Positions 29,587-40,600 of a DNA stretch of 64,000 nucleotides are shown piece by piece. The notes under the pieces are model-generated. The model was given only the letters and a program-made list of their open reading frames with translations. It did no database searches and was not told where the DNA came from. The translations under genes were made by a program, and so were the position numbers. Position 1 is the stretch's first letter. Each line of letters opens with the position of its first letter. The stretch is from the NCBI GenBank assembly GCA_051531975.1, contig JAOPTT010000003.1, positions 192,001 through 256,000 on the forward strand, in the 5' to 3' direction. The DNA comes from Spirochaetaceae bacterium. Its GTDB lineage: Bacteria > Spirochaetota > Spirochaetia > DSM-2461.

Positions 29587-30486
29587 TTATCCCTTTACAG
29601 CACCTAAAGAGATACCTTTGCTGAAAAACTTTTGAATAAAAGGATATACAATAATAAGGGGCCCAATGGCCATCATTGTTGCTGCAAGCTTTAAAGTCTC
29701 TGAAGGAAGAGTATTACTTCCCAAACTGGTTATCTGACTTGCATTTTGTGTAAGAAATTGTGCATTTGTAACCATTACCCGGAGCATGTACTGTACAGGA
29801 TACAGTTGTGGTTTATTATCAAGATACAACAGTGCCAACCACCAGTCATTCCAGTAACCCATTGCATAAAACAGACCGACAGTAGCAATAGCAGGGATAG
29901 ACATAGGCACAACTATTTTAACAAGAATATGTACCTCACTAGCACCGTCTATTCTTGCTGCATCAAACAGTTCATTGGGAATCTGACTTAGAAAATTCCT
30001 TAGAAGCATAATATTAAAACCATTTGCAGCCATAGGAAGTATTAGTGCCCAGATGGTACCTTTTATATGAAGCACTTGAACACAAACCATATACCATGGA
30101 ACCAATCCGGCGTTAAACAATAAGGTAAATACAACAAAAAAGTTGAAATATTTTCTCAGCTTAAACTCATGTCGGCTAAGGGAATATGCAGCTAATGTAC
30201 TTGCAAAAAGAGCTATGGCTGTTCCTCCAAGAGTAACCACTAATGAAACCATATAAGCGTCTAACATTGAGTTATTACCAGATAAAACAAATAGGTAACC
30301 ATCAATGGAAAATTTTTCTGGGATGATTTTATACCCTTCCCTTAATAACGTCATTTCATCGGTAAAAGATCCACCTAAAATAACAAGAAGAGGATATACA
30401 CAGGCTGCAGCAAACAAAACCATAATAACTGAACAGAATGCTACAAATATTTTTTCGTCCATGGGACGTTTCATAATTTTATCCAT
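29587..30486 (-). CDS. Carbohydrate ABC permease (MalG/LplC-like)
   Basis: DAARIDGASE loop, YWNDW, YPFIQKFFSKGISLGAVKG. Confidence 0.92.
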   Translation of the reverse strand: MDKIMKRPMDEKIFVAFCSVIMVLFAAACVYPLLVILGGSFTDEMTLLREGYKIIPEKFSIDGYLFVLSGNNSMLDAYMVSLVVTLGGTAIALFASTLAAYSLSRHEFKLRKYFNFFVVFTLLFNAGLVPWYMVCVQVLHIKGTIWALILPMAANGFNIMLLRNFLSQIPNELFDAARIDGASEVHILVKIVVPMSIPAIATVGLFYAMGYWNDWWLALLYLDNKPQLYPVQYMLRVMVTNAQFLTQNASQITSLGSNTLPSETLKLAATMMAIGPLIIVYPFIQKFFSKGISLGAVKG

Positions 30487-31421
30487 TAAAATAAAGCTCC
30501 ATCACTTTGATATTTTCTTGCGGCTTTGTTTGCAAACAATACAAGAACAAAACCGACTATAGACTGATACAGACCGATAGCTGTAGGCATACCAACATCA
30601 AAGGTCTTAACAAGACTTCGGTAGACAAAGAAGTCAAGAACATCAGTTGTTGGAAAAAGCTGTGATCTGTTATTTATCAGAGCCACCATCATCTGCTGGT
30701 CACCCCGAAAGATATTACCTACAGCAAGAATCATTAATATAATAATTGTAGGCATCAGATGCGGAAGGGTTACATGTCGCACTCTAGCCCAGAAACCTGC
30801 ACCATCAATTTTGGCAGCTTCGTGATACTCTGGACTTATAGCCAATAAAGATGCGGAATAGATAATCAATTGAACCCCTGCCTGCTTCCAGACAACTATT
30901 GCAGTTAAAATTCCAGGCCACAGTTCAGGCCTTCTATACCAGGATACCGCTTCAAATCCCGTAGAAACTAAAACTTTATTAAAAATACCGGTTGATTGAG
31001 ATAAAAAAACCGTAGAGACAATTCCAAGAACAACCCAGGATAAAAAAGAAGGGAAATAAGTTATAGTCGTAATGGTTTTACGAAACATTTTGGATCGGAC
31101 CTCATATAATCCAATGGCGCAAAAAACTGCAAACAGATGGGTGGATAGTATAAAAAGTAAATTTAAGAATACCGTATTTTTAGTTGCTCTCAAAGCATAT
31201 GGGCTATTAAACAGGAATTTGAAATTTTCAAAACCGCTCCATGGACTACCCCAGATCCCCAACGATGCGTCAAAACTCTTAAATGCTAACTGCAAACCAT
31301 ACATTGGCAGATAAATAAAAGCACCTAACAAGAGAACTGAGGGAATCATAAATATGATAAACCAACCCTGTTTCACCGACTGATACTTTCTTTTTTGACT
31401 TAAAGATTTTCTTATCTTCAC
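30486..31421 (-). CDS. Carbohydrate ABC permease (LplB/MalF-like)
   Basis: YLPMYG, GIWGSPWSGFENF, EAAKIDGA; GTG start after a GGAG RBS. Confidence 0.92.
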   Translation of the reverse strand: MKIRKSLSQKRKYQSVKQGWFIIFMIPSVLLLGAFIYLPMYGLQLAFKSFDASLGIWGSPWSGFENFKFLFNSPYALRATKNTVFLNLLFILSTHLFAVFCAIGLYEVRSKMFRKTITTITYFPSFLSWVVLGIVSTVFLSQSTGIFNKVLVSTGFEAVSWYRRPELWPGILTAIVVWKQAGVQLIIYSASLLAISPEYHEAAKIDGAGFWARVRHVTLPHLMPTIIILMILAVGNIFRGDQQMMVALINNRSQLFPTTDVLDFFVYRSLVKTFDVGMPTAIGLYQSIVGFVLVLFANKAARKYQSDGALF

Positions 31422-31456
31422 TACAACTCCTTAATCTATGCTTAATAACTATATTC

Positions 31457-31485
31457 ATAATAAATGACATCTTTACAGCTGTCAA
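31457..31485 (-). promoter_or_regulatory. Sigma70-type promoter of the ABC/GH38 operon
   Basis: TTGACA (31485-31480), 17 bp, then TATTAT (31462-31457) on the minus strand. Confidence 0.65.
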
Positions 31486-31487
31486 CA

Positions 31488-31544
31488 ATTAAATATACTT
31501 AATTTGCAAAATGACTATCTTCACGCATATTGAGTATGCTCTAT
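31488..31544. promoter_or_regulatory. Pair of 16-bp palindromic operators
   Basis: ATTAAATATACTTAAT (31488-31503) and ATTGAGTATGCTCTAT (31529-31544), 41 bp apart. Confidence 0.65.
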
Positions 31545-31654
31545 ATCATGTTAAATTTTTAGATTGACAAATTAAACTTAGTTTAGCAAATAATTTGATA
31601 TATTCATCTTGATATTCATTGATATACTATTCATTCTATTTAAAGAGGATTTAT

Positions 31655-33388
31655 ATGAAATTAAACAGAGACTTTACATCTCTCCTAAAGCAAAATTTAC
31701 ATTATTACATTCAATCTTTCGTGTTTTTTATTATCAAACATGCTAGTTCGTGGATATTACCTATTATAATTGCTGAAGTCATTAACACTTTAATTAAGGG
31801 TGGCATTTATGACCTATGGAACCTACGGTGGATTGGTTTAGGATATCTGTTTTTACTTTTTTTAAACGTTCCATTTCATATATTACATGTTAAGGCACTT
31901 TCAAAAGCCAACAGAAATATAGAATCGAAACTGCGAAGCTGGTTAATTCGCAAGTTACAGCAGTTGACTATCTCATTTCATTCAGATTATCAATCTGGAA
32001 AATTACATGCGAAGTTTATACGTGATGTTGAGGCTGTGGAAATGATGCTTACCCAGAGTGCAAAATCACTTCTTCCCGCAATTATGACATTTATTTATAT
32101 AATAGCCTTAACTTCCTACAAACAGATACTTATCACTCTCTTTTTCCTGCTTATTATTCCAATAGTTGCAATCATAAGAAAAATATTTGGGAAAAGTATT
32201 GATAAACAAAATAGGAAATACAGGGTTTCCATGGAGAATCTTTCAGCGAGACTTAGTGAATCAATCGAAATGCTCCCGGTAGCAAGGGCACATGCTGTGG
32301 AAAACCATGAAATATCTGAAATGGAAAAATTTTTTTGGAACATAAAAATGCAGGGAATTTCTGTAGATACAATAAACGGTAAGTTTTCTTCAATTTCCTG
32401 GGTAATTCTTCAGTTTTTTAGTCTGGGATGTTTAATCTACTCAGGGATTCTTGCTTCAAAGGGATTAATCAAGATTGGTGACATTGTCATGTATCAAACT
32501 TTTTTTACTATGTTAACAGGTTCCCTGGGAACGGTTCTGGCATCATACCCTATTATCGCAAAGGGAGTAGATTCTATTCGATCCATATCTGAAATATTGA
32601 ACTCTCCCGACCTTGAAAATAATATAGGGAAAAAAGTATTCCCATCCATTAAAGGTTTGGTTGAGTTTAGAAATGTTAATTATTTATACCCTGGTACTCA
32701 AAACAAAATTCCTGCAATAAACAGTCTGAGTTTTAAGGTTGAGGCTGGTAAAACTATTGCCATTGTTGGTGGTTCTGGCTCAGGAAAAACAACCCTTATT
32801 AATTTAGTCATCGGTTTTTTAAGGCCGGACAATGGTCAGATTTTGATAGATGGTCATGATAATATAGATTATGACATGAGGAGCCTTAGAAAGAACCTTG
32901 CTGTTGTCAGCCAGAATCCTGTACTGTTTCACGGAAGCATTAAAGATAATTTAACCTACGGTCTTAAGGAAGTAAGGGAAGAGGAAATATTTAATGCCCT
33001 TGAAAATGCGAATGCACTAGAGTTTATTGGAAAACTGCCAGATTCAATTCATACGGTGATAGGTGAGCATGGAGCGTCCCTTTCTGGAGGACAGAGGCAG
33101 AGAATTGTTATTGCCAGAGCGATTTTAAGGAATCCAGCTATTTTGATTTTTGATGAAGCGACCAGCGCCCTGGATGCGGAATCAGAGGCATTAGTACAGC
33201 AAGCTATAAATAAAATTATTCAAAAGAGAACTACCTTCATTGTCGCTCACAGATTTTCCACAATAAAAAATGCAGATATTGTTCTATTTATGGAAGAAGG
33301 TAAGATTATAGAACAGGGAACCATTAAAGAACTAATGGATAAAAATGGGAAGTTTGCTGAAATGGCTAAACTACAGGGGATAGATTGA
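31655..33388 (+). CDS. ABC transporter fused permease/ATPase (MsbA/exporter fold)
   Basis: TM domain plus GGSGSGKT, LSGGQRQR, DEATSALD and VAHR. Start set to MKLNRD after a GAGG RBS. Confidence 0.9.
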   Translation: MKLNRDFTSLLKQNLHYYIQSFVFFIIKHASSWILPIIIAEVINTLIKGGIYDLWNLRWIGLGYLFLLFLNVPFHILHVKALSKANRNIESKLRSWLIRKLQQLTISFHSDYQSGKLHAKFIRDVEAVEMMLTQSAKSLLPAIMTFIYIIALTSYKQILITLFFLLIIPIVAIIRKIFGKSIDKQNRKYRVSMENLSARLSESIEMLPVARAHAVENHEISEMEKFFWNIKMQGISVDTINGKFSSISWVILQFFSLGCLIYSGILASKGLIKIGDIVMYQTFFTMLTGSLGTVLASYPIIAKGVDSIRSISEILNSPDLENNIGKKVFPSIKGLVEFRNVNYLYPGTQNKIPAINSLSFKVEAGKTIAIVGGSGSGKTTLINLVIGFLRPDNGQILIDGHDNIDYDMRSLRKNLAVVSQNPVLFHGSIKDNLTYGLKEVREEEIFNALENANALEFIGKLPDSIHTVIGEHGASLSGGQRQRIVIARAILRNPAILIFDEATSALDAESEALVQQAINKIIQKRTTFIVAHRFSTIKNADIVLFMEEGKIIEQGTIKELMDKNGKFAEMAKLQGID

Positions 33389-33417
33389 TTTAAGAGTAGC
33401 TTTTTATATCTCTTTTT

Positions 33418-34914
33418 CTATCTTTTTTCAGCCTTTATATATTGTTTAAAAGAGTTGGCGAATCCATCACCGTTTTCCTTTAAACATTGGTATAGTTTAT
33501 CCTGCATGTTTTTTCTAGTTAATTTAAACTGTGAATCTTCATGCAGATTATTTATCTCATGAGGATCACTACTAAGATTATATAGTTCCCCCTTATCTCC
33601 TGCATTAAAAATGTATTTATATTCTCCAAAACGTATCATCCTCTGGGAACAGGTAGCATAGCCCAAACCTGTAAACTCAGTTACAACACAATCGGGCCAA
33701 TCAGGAACCGCTTCTTTGTCCATCAGACTAAGAAGTGACCGTCCGTCACGTTCATGTTCCTCTTTAATAACACCTGAAATATCCAGGATTGTGGAATAAA
33801 GATCTGTAGTGTTTACAAACTCGTTAACTTTCTTCCTATGTTTTGTTCCTTTAGGAGGTTTAATAATTAATGGAATATGTGTGGTTTCTTCATACATATG
33901 GAATCCCTTATCACCTAAACCAGCATGACAGCCTAGAGAATCCCCATGATCACAGGAAAAAATGATATATGATGAGTCATAAAGGTCTTCCTGCTTCAGA
34001 TAAGTAAGCAGTCTTCCTATTTCATCATCGATAAACTCTCCGTAGGCATAGACATGTTTTATAGTTTTATTAAATTCTTCCCAAGTTGCTGTGTTTCTGG
34101 CCATATTGTGAATAGAAGGTTTATCTTTTTGATCTTCATCAAATGAAACCCATGGATCTAGTTTCATATCTCTATAACGGTCATAAAATGTCGATGGAAC
34201 ATAAGCTGGCTGATGAGGTCCCCAATAATTCAATTCGAAATAAAATGGACTCCTTCTGTGGTGGAATTTGTCTATAAAATGAATAGATCGCTCAGTTAGA
34301 AAATAATCTATCGTCGATTCTTTAGAAGATAATACCTCTGTTGTGCTGCTATTTTCATCTTTTAACCGATGCTCAAGGTTATTCTCCTCAAGATAATCCT
34401 GATACTGTTTATAATTATGACCTCCCCCTCCATGTCCTGGAAAATCATCTGCCTCATATCCAAGATCTGTAGGCAGAGAACTTCCAGCCCTATAAAAACT
34501 AGGATACTCTACGGTATTAAGGGATCCTTCCACATTATGAGTTTTATACCAGGGATCATTATGGGAGGCACTGCCGAAACCCAGATGCCACTTTCCAGTA
34601 TGACCTGCTGAATAGTGTTGTTTTTGCAGTTGTCGACTTAATAGCAGTGGAGAGTCGGTTAGTTCATGAACGACACAACCCGGTTGGTACATATTGTTCT
34701 GCATACCGTGATTACAGGGGTAAAGACCAGTTTGCAGAGAAGCCCGAGCCGGTGTACATACCGGATAGACTGTATAATTATTCTCAAACAAAACACCATC
34801 AGCTGCCAGAGAGTCTATATTTGGAGATCTAGCTATTTTACTACCGTAACATCCAAGAGAATCTAGCCGTTGCTGATCAGTATATATAAGAATTATATTA
34901 GGTTTATTGGTCAT
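33418..34914 (-). CDS. Cys-type S1 sulfatase
   Basis: PNIILIYTDQQR, CTPAR, GKWHLG, GPHQP, CDHG. Confidence 0.9.
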   Translation of the reverse strand: MTNKPNIILIYTDQQRLDSLGCYGSKIARSPNIDSLAADGVLFENNYTVYPVCTPARASLQTGLYPCNHGMQNNMYQPGCVVHELTDSPLLLSRQLQKQHYSAGHTGKWHLGFGSASHNDPWYKTHNVEGSLNTVEYPSFYRAGSSLPTDLGYEADDFPGHGGGGHNYKQYQDYLEENNLEHRLKDENSSTTEVLSSKESTIDYFLTERSIHFIDKFHHRRSPFYFELNYWGPHQPAYVPSTFYDRYRDMKLDPWVSFDEDQKDKPSIHNMARNTATWEEFNKTIKHVYAYGEFIDDEIGRLLTYLKQEDLYDSSYIIFSCDHGDSLGCHAGLGDKGFHMYEETTHIPLIIKPPKGTKHRKKVNEFVNTTDLYSTILDISGVIKEEHERDGRSLLSLMDKEAVPDWPDCVVTEFTGLGYATCSQRMIRFGEYKYIFNAGDKGELYNLSSDPHEINNLHEDSQFKLTRKNMQDKLYQCLKENGDGFANSFKQYIKAEKR

Positions 34915-36427
34915 TTAAATTCTCCTTTGTAACATGTCCGTGATATAAATAGAGGGCGCCGTAGGTCCAACCAGGCAAATCCGGATAATTAACACGATCC
35001 ATTGTAAGGGCGATATAAGGGGCTGGGTAGCCATCGGGTAGAGGAATCACATTAGGCCAGCAACGGGTATTTATAGTATCATCCCATGGAGGTCTAAGCA
35101 TATCAAGAGTTCCAATCTTATTAAGTTCTGGGTATGAATAGACATAGAATTCCCTATCTGAACTGCCAAATAGAGCATAATATTTTGAACCAAACTTCTG
35201 CAAAAGACAGCCTGTACTATTAACGTCTACCGGTCCATAAATCCTCTTGTATGGGCCGTCCCAATTTTTTGATTCATAAAGACATGCAGGGAAACCCTTT
35301 TCATCAGAGCAAACCAGAACACGCCATTTTCTAGCAACCCTATCATAAATAATATGGGGATCTTCACCTGAACCCGGCATCTCTAACTTCTTAGCTTTCA
35401 TAATAGAGAATCCAAATCTTGGATCTTTTTTAGAGCAGACAGCCCACAATTGCTTTGGTACTGTTTTATCGGGATCTCCAATAGCGGAAAATCCAACAGT
35501 TAGTCCATGCCACTCATCTAATTCCTTATCATAAAAAATATGAGAAGCTATCTCATTGCGCAGTAGTCCATCCCCTCGATCAAAGACAATTATCCCTTCG
35601 AGCTTTATATCAAAAACAGAAGGGTTTATGCTAAAGACACCCTGTGTTGTATGATCCACATTACGTCCTCGTATGGTCATTGTAAACCAAAGTCTGCCCT
35701 GTTCGAGAAGAGGTGAGCCGTCTTTGTTTGTTATGGCACACATATCGGCTTGACCGGCACCGGTTGTAAGGTAAATACCCGCTTCATAAATAGTGACAGA
35801 TTCATTTGATCCTAGCCTTGTTATAATATGAGATTCGAAAGTTCGAATGAATTCTTTCCGGCGTAAATCTATAATATTTGAAAAATCACAGGTATATAAA
35901 ACAGTATTAACACCATTCTGCTCTGCATAGACATTAAGTCCACTACCTACCATCTGCACCCTGAAGGTGAATGGACCACAGATCGGTTGCTTCAGGGAAT
36001 TGTTTTCACTGAATTTTTCTTTTCCACTAATTATTATTTGACACCTAACAGTGCTACATAAATTGTTTTGCAAACCTGCTAATAAAACTAAGCGATGAGT
36101 TTTGTCATAAGAACAAAACTCAACTCCTACTTCAACAGTTGCACCACGACTCTCATAGATTGATATATCGTAGGTAGCAAAAGCATTAAAACCCCCTAAC
36201 CAAAGCAGTGATTCTGACTGTTTCTCCCCAGAAATCCTGAGTTGACCGCTTTTCAGACTATATTCACATTCCCTACCATTTAGAGTTTGCATTGGGTGTT
36301 CTAATGGGAGATTTACAATCTCAGCTGGTTTTAACACAGATAAAGGAATTGCTGATTTTTTATCAAATACTAATCGACGGACAGCCTGTCTAGTAAATTG
36401 AATATCAATAGGTGACATATTAGTCAT
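34904..36427 (-). CDS. Hypothetical protein, possible beta-propeller glycoside hydrolase
   Basis: Beta-rich, with EDPHIIYD and WDGPY motifs; lies between the OYE and sulfatase genes. Start set to MTNMS, right after the OYE stop. Confidence 0.55.
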   Translation of the reverse strand: MTNMSPIDIQFTRQAVRRLVFDKKSAIPLSVLKPAEIVNLPLEHPMQTLNGRECEYSLKSGQLRISGEKQSESLLWLGGFNAFATYDISIYESRGATVEVGVEFCSYDKTHRLVLLAGLQNNLCSTVRCQIIISGKEKFSENNSLKQPICGPFTFRVQMVGSGLNVYAEQNGVNTVLYTCDFSNIIDLRRKEFIRTFESHIITRLGSNESVTIYEAGIYLTTGAGQADMCAITNKDGSPLLEQGRLWFTMTIRGRNVDHTTQGVFSINPSVFDIKLEGIIVFDRGDGLLRNEIASHIFYDKELDEWHGLTVGFSAIGDPDKTVPKQLWAVCSKKDPRFGFSIMKAKKLEMPGSGEDPHIIYDRVARKWRVLVCSDEKGFPACLYESKNWDGPYKRIYGPVDVNSTGCLLQKFGSKYYALFGSSDREFYVYSYPELNKIGTLDMLRPPWDDTINTRCWPNVIPLPDGYPAPYIALTMDRVNYPDLPGWTYGALYLYHGHVTKENLNDQ

Positions 36428-36428
36428 A

Positions 36429-37439
36429 TTATGGATAAACCTTTTGGGATTCTTCACTATATTCTATTATATCTTCATTCTTATGTTCCCTAACCTTCTT
36501 AGGCCATTCAGCTTCGGAGATTAAAGGCCGGCCTACTGCAACCATATCGAACTCGTGATTATTATATCGTCGAATGAGTTCGGTTTGGCTCTCCTGTCCT
36601 GAGCCAAAGTATTCCGAAGTTGATAGACCCACATTTCCTACTGTAATAGTTGCACTCTGGGTAATTTTCTTTGTCCAACCGGCTAGACCTAAATCCGAGC
36701 CTTCAAACTCAGGTTGCCAAAACCGACGGGTACTAGCATGAAAGATATCGATTCCAGCTTCCTTTAGTGGTAATAAAACGGCTTCTAGTTCTGCTGGTGT
36801 TTTAAACTGTTGTTCATCATATGTTGTCTTAACTCGCCATTGGGAGAAACGTAGGCAGAAGGTAAAGTCATCTCCAACTAACCTACGGGCTTCACGGACT
36901 ATGTCGCATACAAAGTCAACTTGACCTGCCCGTATGAAACTATCTAATAAGTATCCATGAGCTGCATGGAACTCGACACCGTCAAAACCGATATCCTGAG
37001 CCCTAACTGTAGCTTTAACAAATGCGTCGAAGACCTTTTTACGATCACTATCATCTATCAGTTGTATATCTGTTTTTTCTGCATCTTCTTTTAAAGCACT
37101 AATACCAGGCCTAGTAATAGGTCCCTGATGCCAGAGTTGCACAATAATTGAAGACTTTTCATTATGGACTTGATCAACAACATTTCTCCATGCTTCTTCC
37201 GTGTCTTGGGCGATTCTTGGAATATCTTTCTCGTTTGTGGCAAGATCATGTTCAATAACTGTACCTTCTGTAATAATTAGTCCAACTTCACCGGCAGCTC
37301 GCCGACGATAGTACTCTGCAACATCCGCTGTAGGAATACCTCCAGGGGACTTTATACGGGTCATTGGTGCCATTACAAAACGGTTGGTTAAATTTATTTT
37401 TTTTGTATTATAACTTGAGAAAAGTGGATTTTCTAACAC
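36429..37439 (-). CDS. NADH:flavin oxidoreductase (Old Yellow Enzyme family)
   Basis: NRFVMAPMTR, GLIITEG, QLWHQG, GFDGVEFHAAHGYLL, VAVGR; GTG start after AGGAGG. Confidence 0.9.
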   Translation of the reverse strand: MLENPLFSSYNTKKINLTNRFVMAPMTRIKSPGGIPTADVAEYYRRRAAGEVGLIITEGTVIEHDLATNEKDIPRIAQDTEEAWRNVVDQVHNEKSSIIVQLWHQGPITRPGISALKEDAEKTDIQLIDDSDRKKVFDAFVKATVRAQDIGFDGVEFHAAHGYLLDSFIRAGQVDFVCDIVREARRLVGDDFTFCLRFSQWRVKTTYDEQQFKTPAELEAVLLPLKEAGIDIFHASTRRFWQPEFEGSDLGLAGWTKKITQSATITVGNVGLSTSEYFGSGQESQTELIRRYNNHEFDMVAVGRPLISEAEWPKKVREHKNEDIIEYSEESQKVYP

Positions 37440-37486
37440 TTTAATCCTCCTATGATTTGATTGTATATTTAATATCAATTTATCTA

Positions 37487-37515
37487 ATCATATGGTCTAA
37501 ATGTACAGATGTCAA
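37487..37515 (-). promoter_or_regulatory. Sigma70-type promoter of the OYE-hypothetical-sulfatase operon
   Basis: TTGACA (37515-37510), 17 bp, then TATGAT (37492-37487) on the minus strand. Confidence 0.65.
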
Positions 37516-37517
37516 GA

Positions 37518-37574
37518 ATTGAACATGCTCAATGAGGCTCAGAAACAATTATTGATAAATTAAATATACTCATT
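37518..37574. promoter_or_regulatory. Pair of 16-bp palindromic operators
   Basis: ATTGAACATGCTCAAT (37518-37533) and ATTAAATATACTCATT (37559-37574), 41 bp apart. Confidence 0.65.
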
Positions 37575-37686
37575 GTCAAATGAAAAGATATACTGTACAA
37601 TATTGATTATTGGTTATAGTCAGTCTTTTATTATGCAACTGTCGATTACATACTCAATAAAAAAGAAAAGAACAAAGAGGCATTAA

Positions 37687-40600
37687 ATGATTGTAAACAG
37701 AAAAACTATATTAAAACTAAACAGGATTCTATCTATTTATAGCAAAAATATTTTTTCAGCTATTGATGAGTTAGAGTTGGAGTTTACTAAAACATTTGAA
37801 CATTTTAGATCATGCCCAACTAAAGATATAACTTGGCAACCATTAAAAAAGAACTATAAATGGGGAGAAGCATGGCAAACTATGTGGCTTAAAACTTCTT
37901 TTACTGTCCCAGCAGATATAAATTCAGATAAATTATACATCAAAGTTGATTCCGGTGCTGTGGAAGTATTACTAATTGTAGACAATGAATATAAAGGTAT
38001 TTTTAATATTGAACGGGAAGAAGGTGTAAGAGGAATACATCACACTAGGCTTATGTTAAAAAATCCTAAACCAGGAGAAAGTCATAATATAGCTTTAGAA
38101 TGTTATGCTGGACACCCATGTGTTGGAACAATGCCAGACGACGCGAGAGAAGAGAAAGCATTTGATCCAGAGACTTTTATTAGAACTTTTAACAATGTAA
38201 CAGTATGTACTAAAAATCAGAATATAATGGGATTTGTAACAGAACTTAGAATATTATTGCAAATTGCTGAACAAACAGGAAAAGATAGCTTTAGAGGAGC
38301 GTCTATATACAAGGTTCTAGAAGGTGTTTTTAAAACAGTACCAATGCAACCAACTGATTATTCAAAAATTGAGATTGAAGGTTTTATAAATATTGCTCGA
38401 ACTATGATGAAACCACTATTAGAGATGAAAAACGCCGATTCTGCACCATATGTGGGAATGATGGGACATTCTCATATGGATACTGCATGGTTATGGACAG
38501 TAGATGAAACCAAAAGAAAGTGTGCAAGAACATTTTCAAATACATTAAATATGATGGATGAATATCCTGACTATATGTTTCTACAAAGTGCTCCATTACA
38601 CTTGGAGATGATGGAGAAAGAGTATCCTTCTATTTTTGAAGGGATTAAAAAGCGTATAGAAGAAGGACGGTGGGAGCCAAATGGTGGTTCATGGATTGAA
38701 CCAGACTGTAATATTCCCTCTGGAGAATCATTCACAAGACATTTTTTATATGGGCAAAGATATCTTAAAGAGAAGTTTGACTATAGAGCAGATACTTTTT
38801 GGCAACCAGATGTTTTTGGATATTCAGCATCTATCCCTCAGATCCTAAAGCAGTGTGGAATTAAAAACTTTTTAACAACAAAACTGAGTTGGAACGAAGA
38901 TAATAAGTTCCCGTATGATACCTTTAACTGGTCTGGAATAGACGGTACCTCAGTATTTACACACTTTAATACAACACATAACTGGACTGATCCAGAATCT
39001 TTAATATCTCAAACAGAAGTGATACAACATAAAGATCTTCAAGATGGCCGGTTTTGTGCTTTTGGGTACGGAGATGGTGGTGGTGGGCCACAATTTGAGA
39101 TGTTAGAAATAGCACCATATATGAAAAATATTGATTCTGTTCCTAAAACGGATTATATGACTGTTAGCTCATTTATGGATAAATTAAACAATAATGGTAA
39201 TGAATTCCCTACATGGAATGGAGAGTTATATCTAGAATTACATAGAGGAACTTTAACATCCTTCCACAAAATTAAAAGGTTAAATAGACAGGCTGAAACT
39301 CTATTAAGAGAGACAGAGTTTTTGTATTCATCTATGTCTGTCTCTAATATAGAGATCAAATATCCAGCAAAAAGAATAGAAGAATTATGGAAGATTGTGC
39401 TTCTTAACCAGTTCCACGATATTTTACCTGGAACATCAATACCAGAAGTGAACATAAAAGCGCAACAAGAGTTAGAAGATTGTATAAAAGACATAAAAGA
39501 GCTAATGGGAGAATTAGAACAACAATCTGGTTCAGGTGATATAGAGAATTATCACGTATGGAATAGTTGGAACTGGGATAGAGAGAATAACTTACAATTA
39601 AGTAACATCCCCACCGATCTCTCTCCTACTGACGATACATTAGAATGGCAAAAAACTAAAACTATAGAGGGGAAAAACAAAATACTTATAAATGGTTTTA
39701 AACTTCCCTCTTTAAGTTCTAAAAGTATCTCTTTCAAAAAAGATGAAAACAAAAACAGTAACAAGCGGTCATTTTATACATATAAAAACAATACCTTAGA
39801 AACTAATCTTTACACATTAAAGTTTAGTCAATTTGGAGCTATAGAGTCCTTAATAGACATTGAAGCAGATAGAGAGTTAGTAGCACCTGGTGGTCTGTTT
39901 AACAACATAATGTTTGGTGAAGATATACCTGCATTATGGGATAACTGGGATATTGATGTTGACCAACATATGAAAATGTCAGCTCTACAACCGGATCAAA
40001 GTTGGGAAATAATAGAAGAAGGACCACTTCAGATTAAGTTAGCGAATAAATTTAAAGCTGGATTAACATCATATATAGATCAGCATATTATTATTTATAG
40101 AGATTCAAAACAAATTGACTTTGAAACAGTTGTAGATTGGAAAGAAGATCACAAACTATTAAAAACAGAATTTGATCTTGATATTCAAGTTGATAAAGCA
40201 AAATACGAAATTCAGTATGGACATCTAGAAAGATTCACTCATACAAACTCGCCACAAGATAGATCTCAGTTTGAGGTATGTAATCACCAATGGAGTGATT
40301 TATCAGAACCAAACTACGGTGTAGCACTTTTAAACGACTGTAAATATGGAGTATCTAATGTTGGTTCTAAGATTGGATTAAGTCTTCTAAAAAGTGGGAC
40401 ACATCCTGATCCATCAGCTGATAGAGGTATACATGTTTTTACTTATAGCTTATTACCACATAACTGTAGTTTCTCCACAAAGAGTGTTATTAGACCAGCT
40501 AGAGAATTAAATACTCCACTAACTGTTTTCAAATCAGAGAGTACTCAGGAAACATTTAATTCACTGTTTGAAATTGATAAAGAAAATATACTACTTGAGG

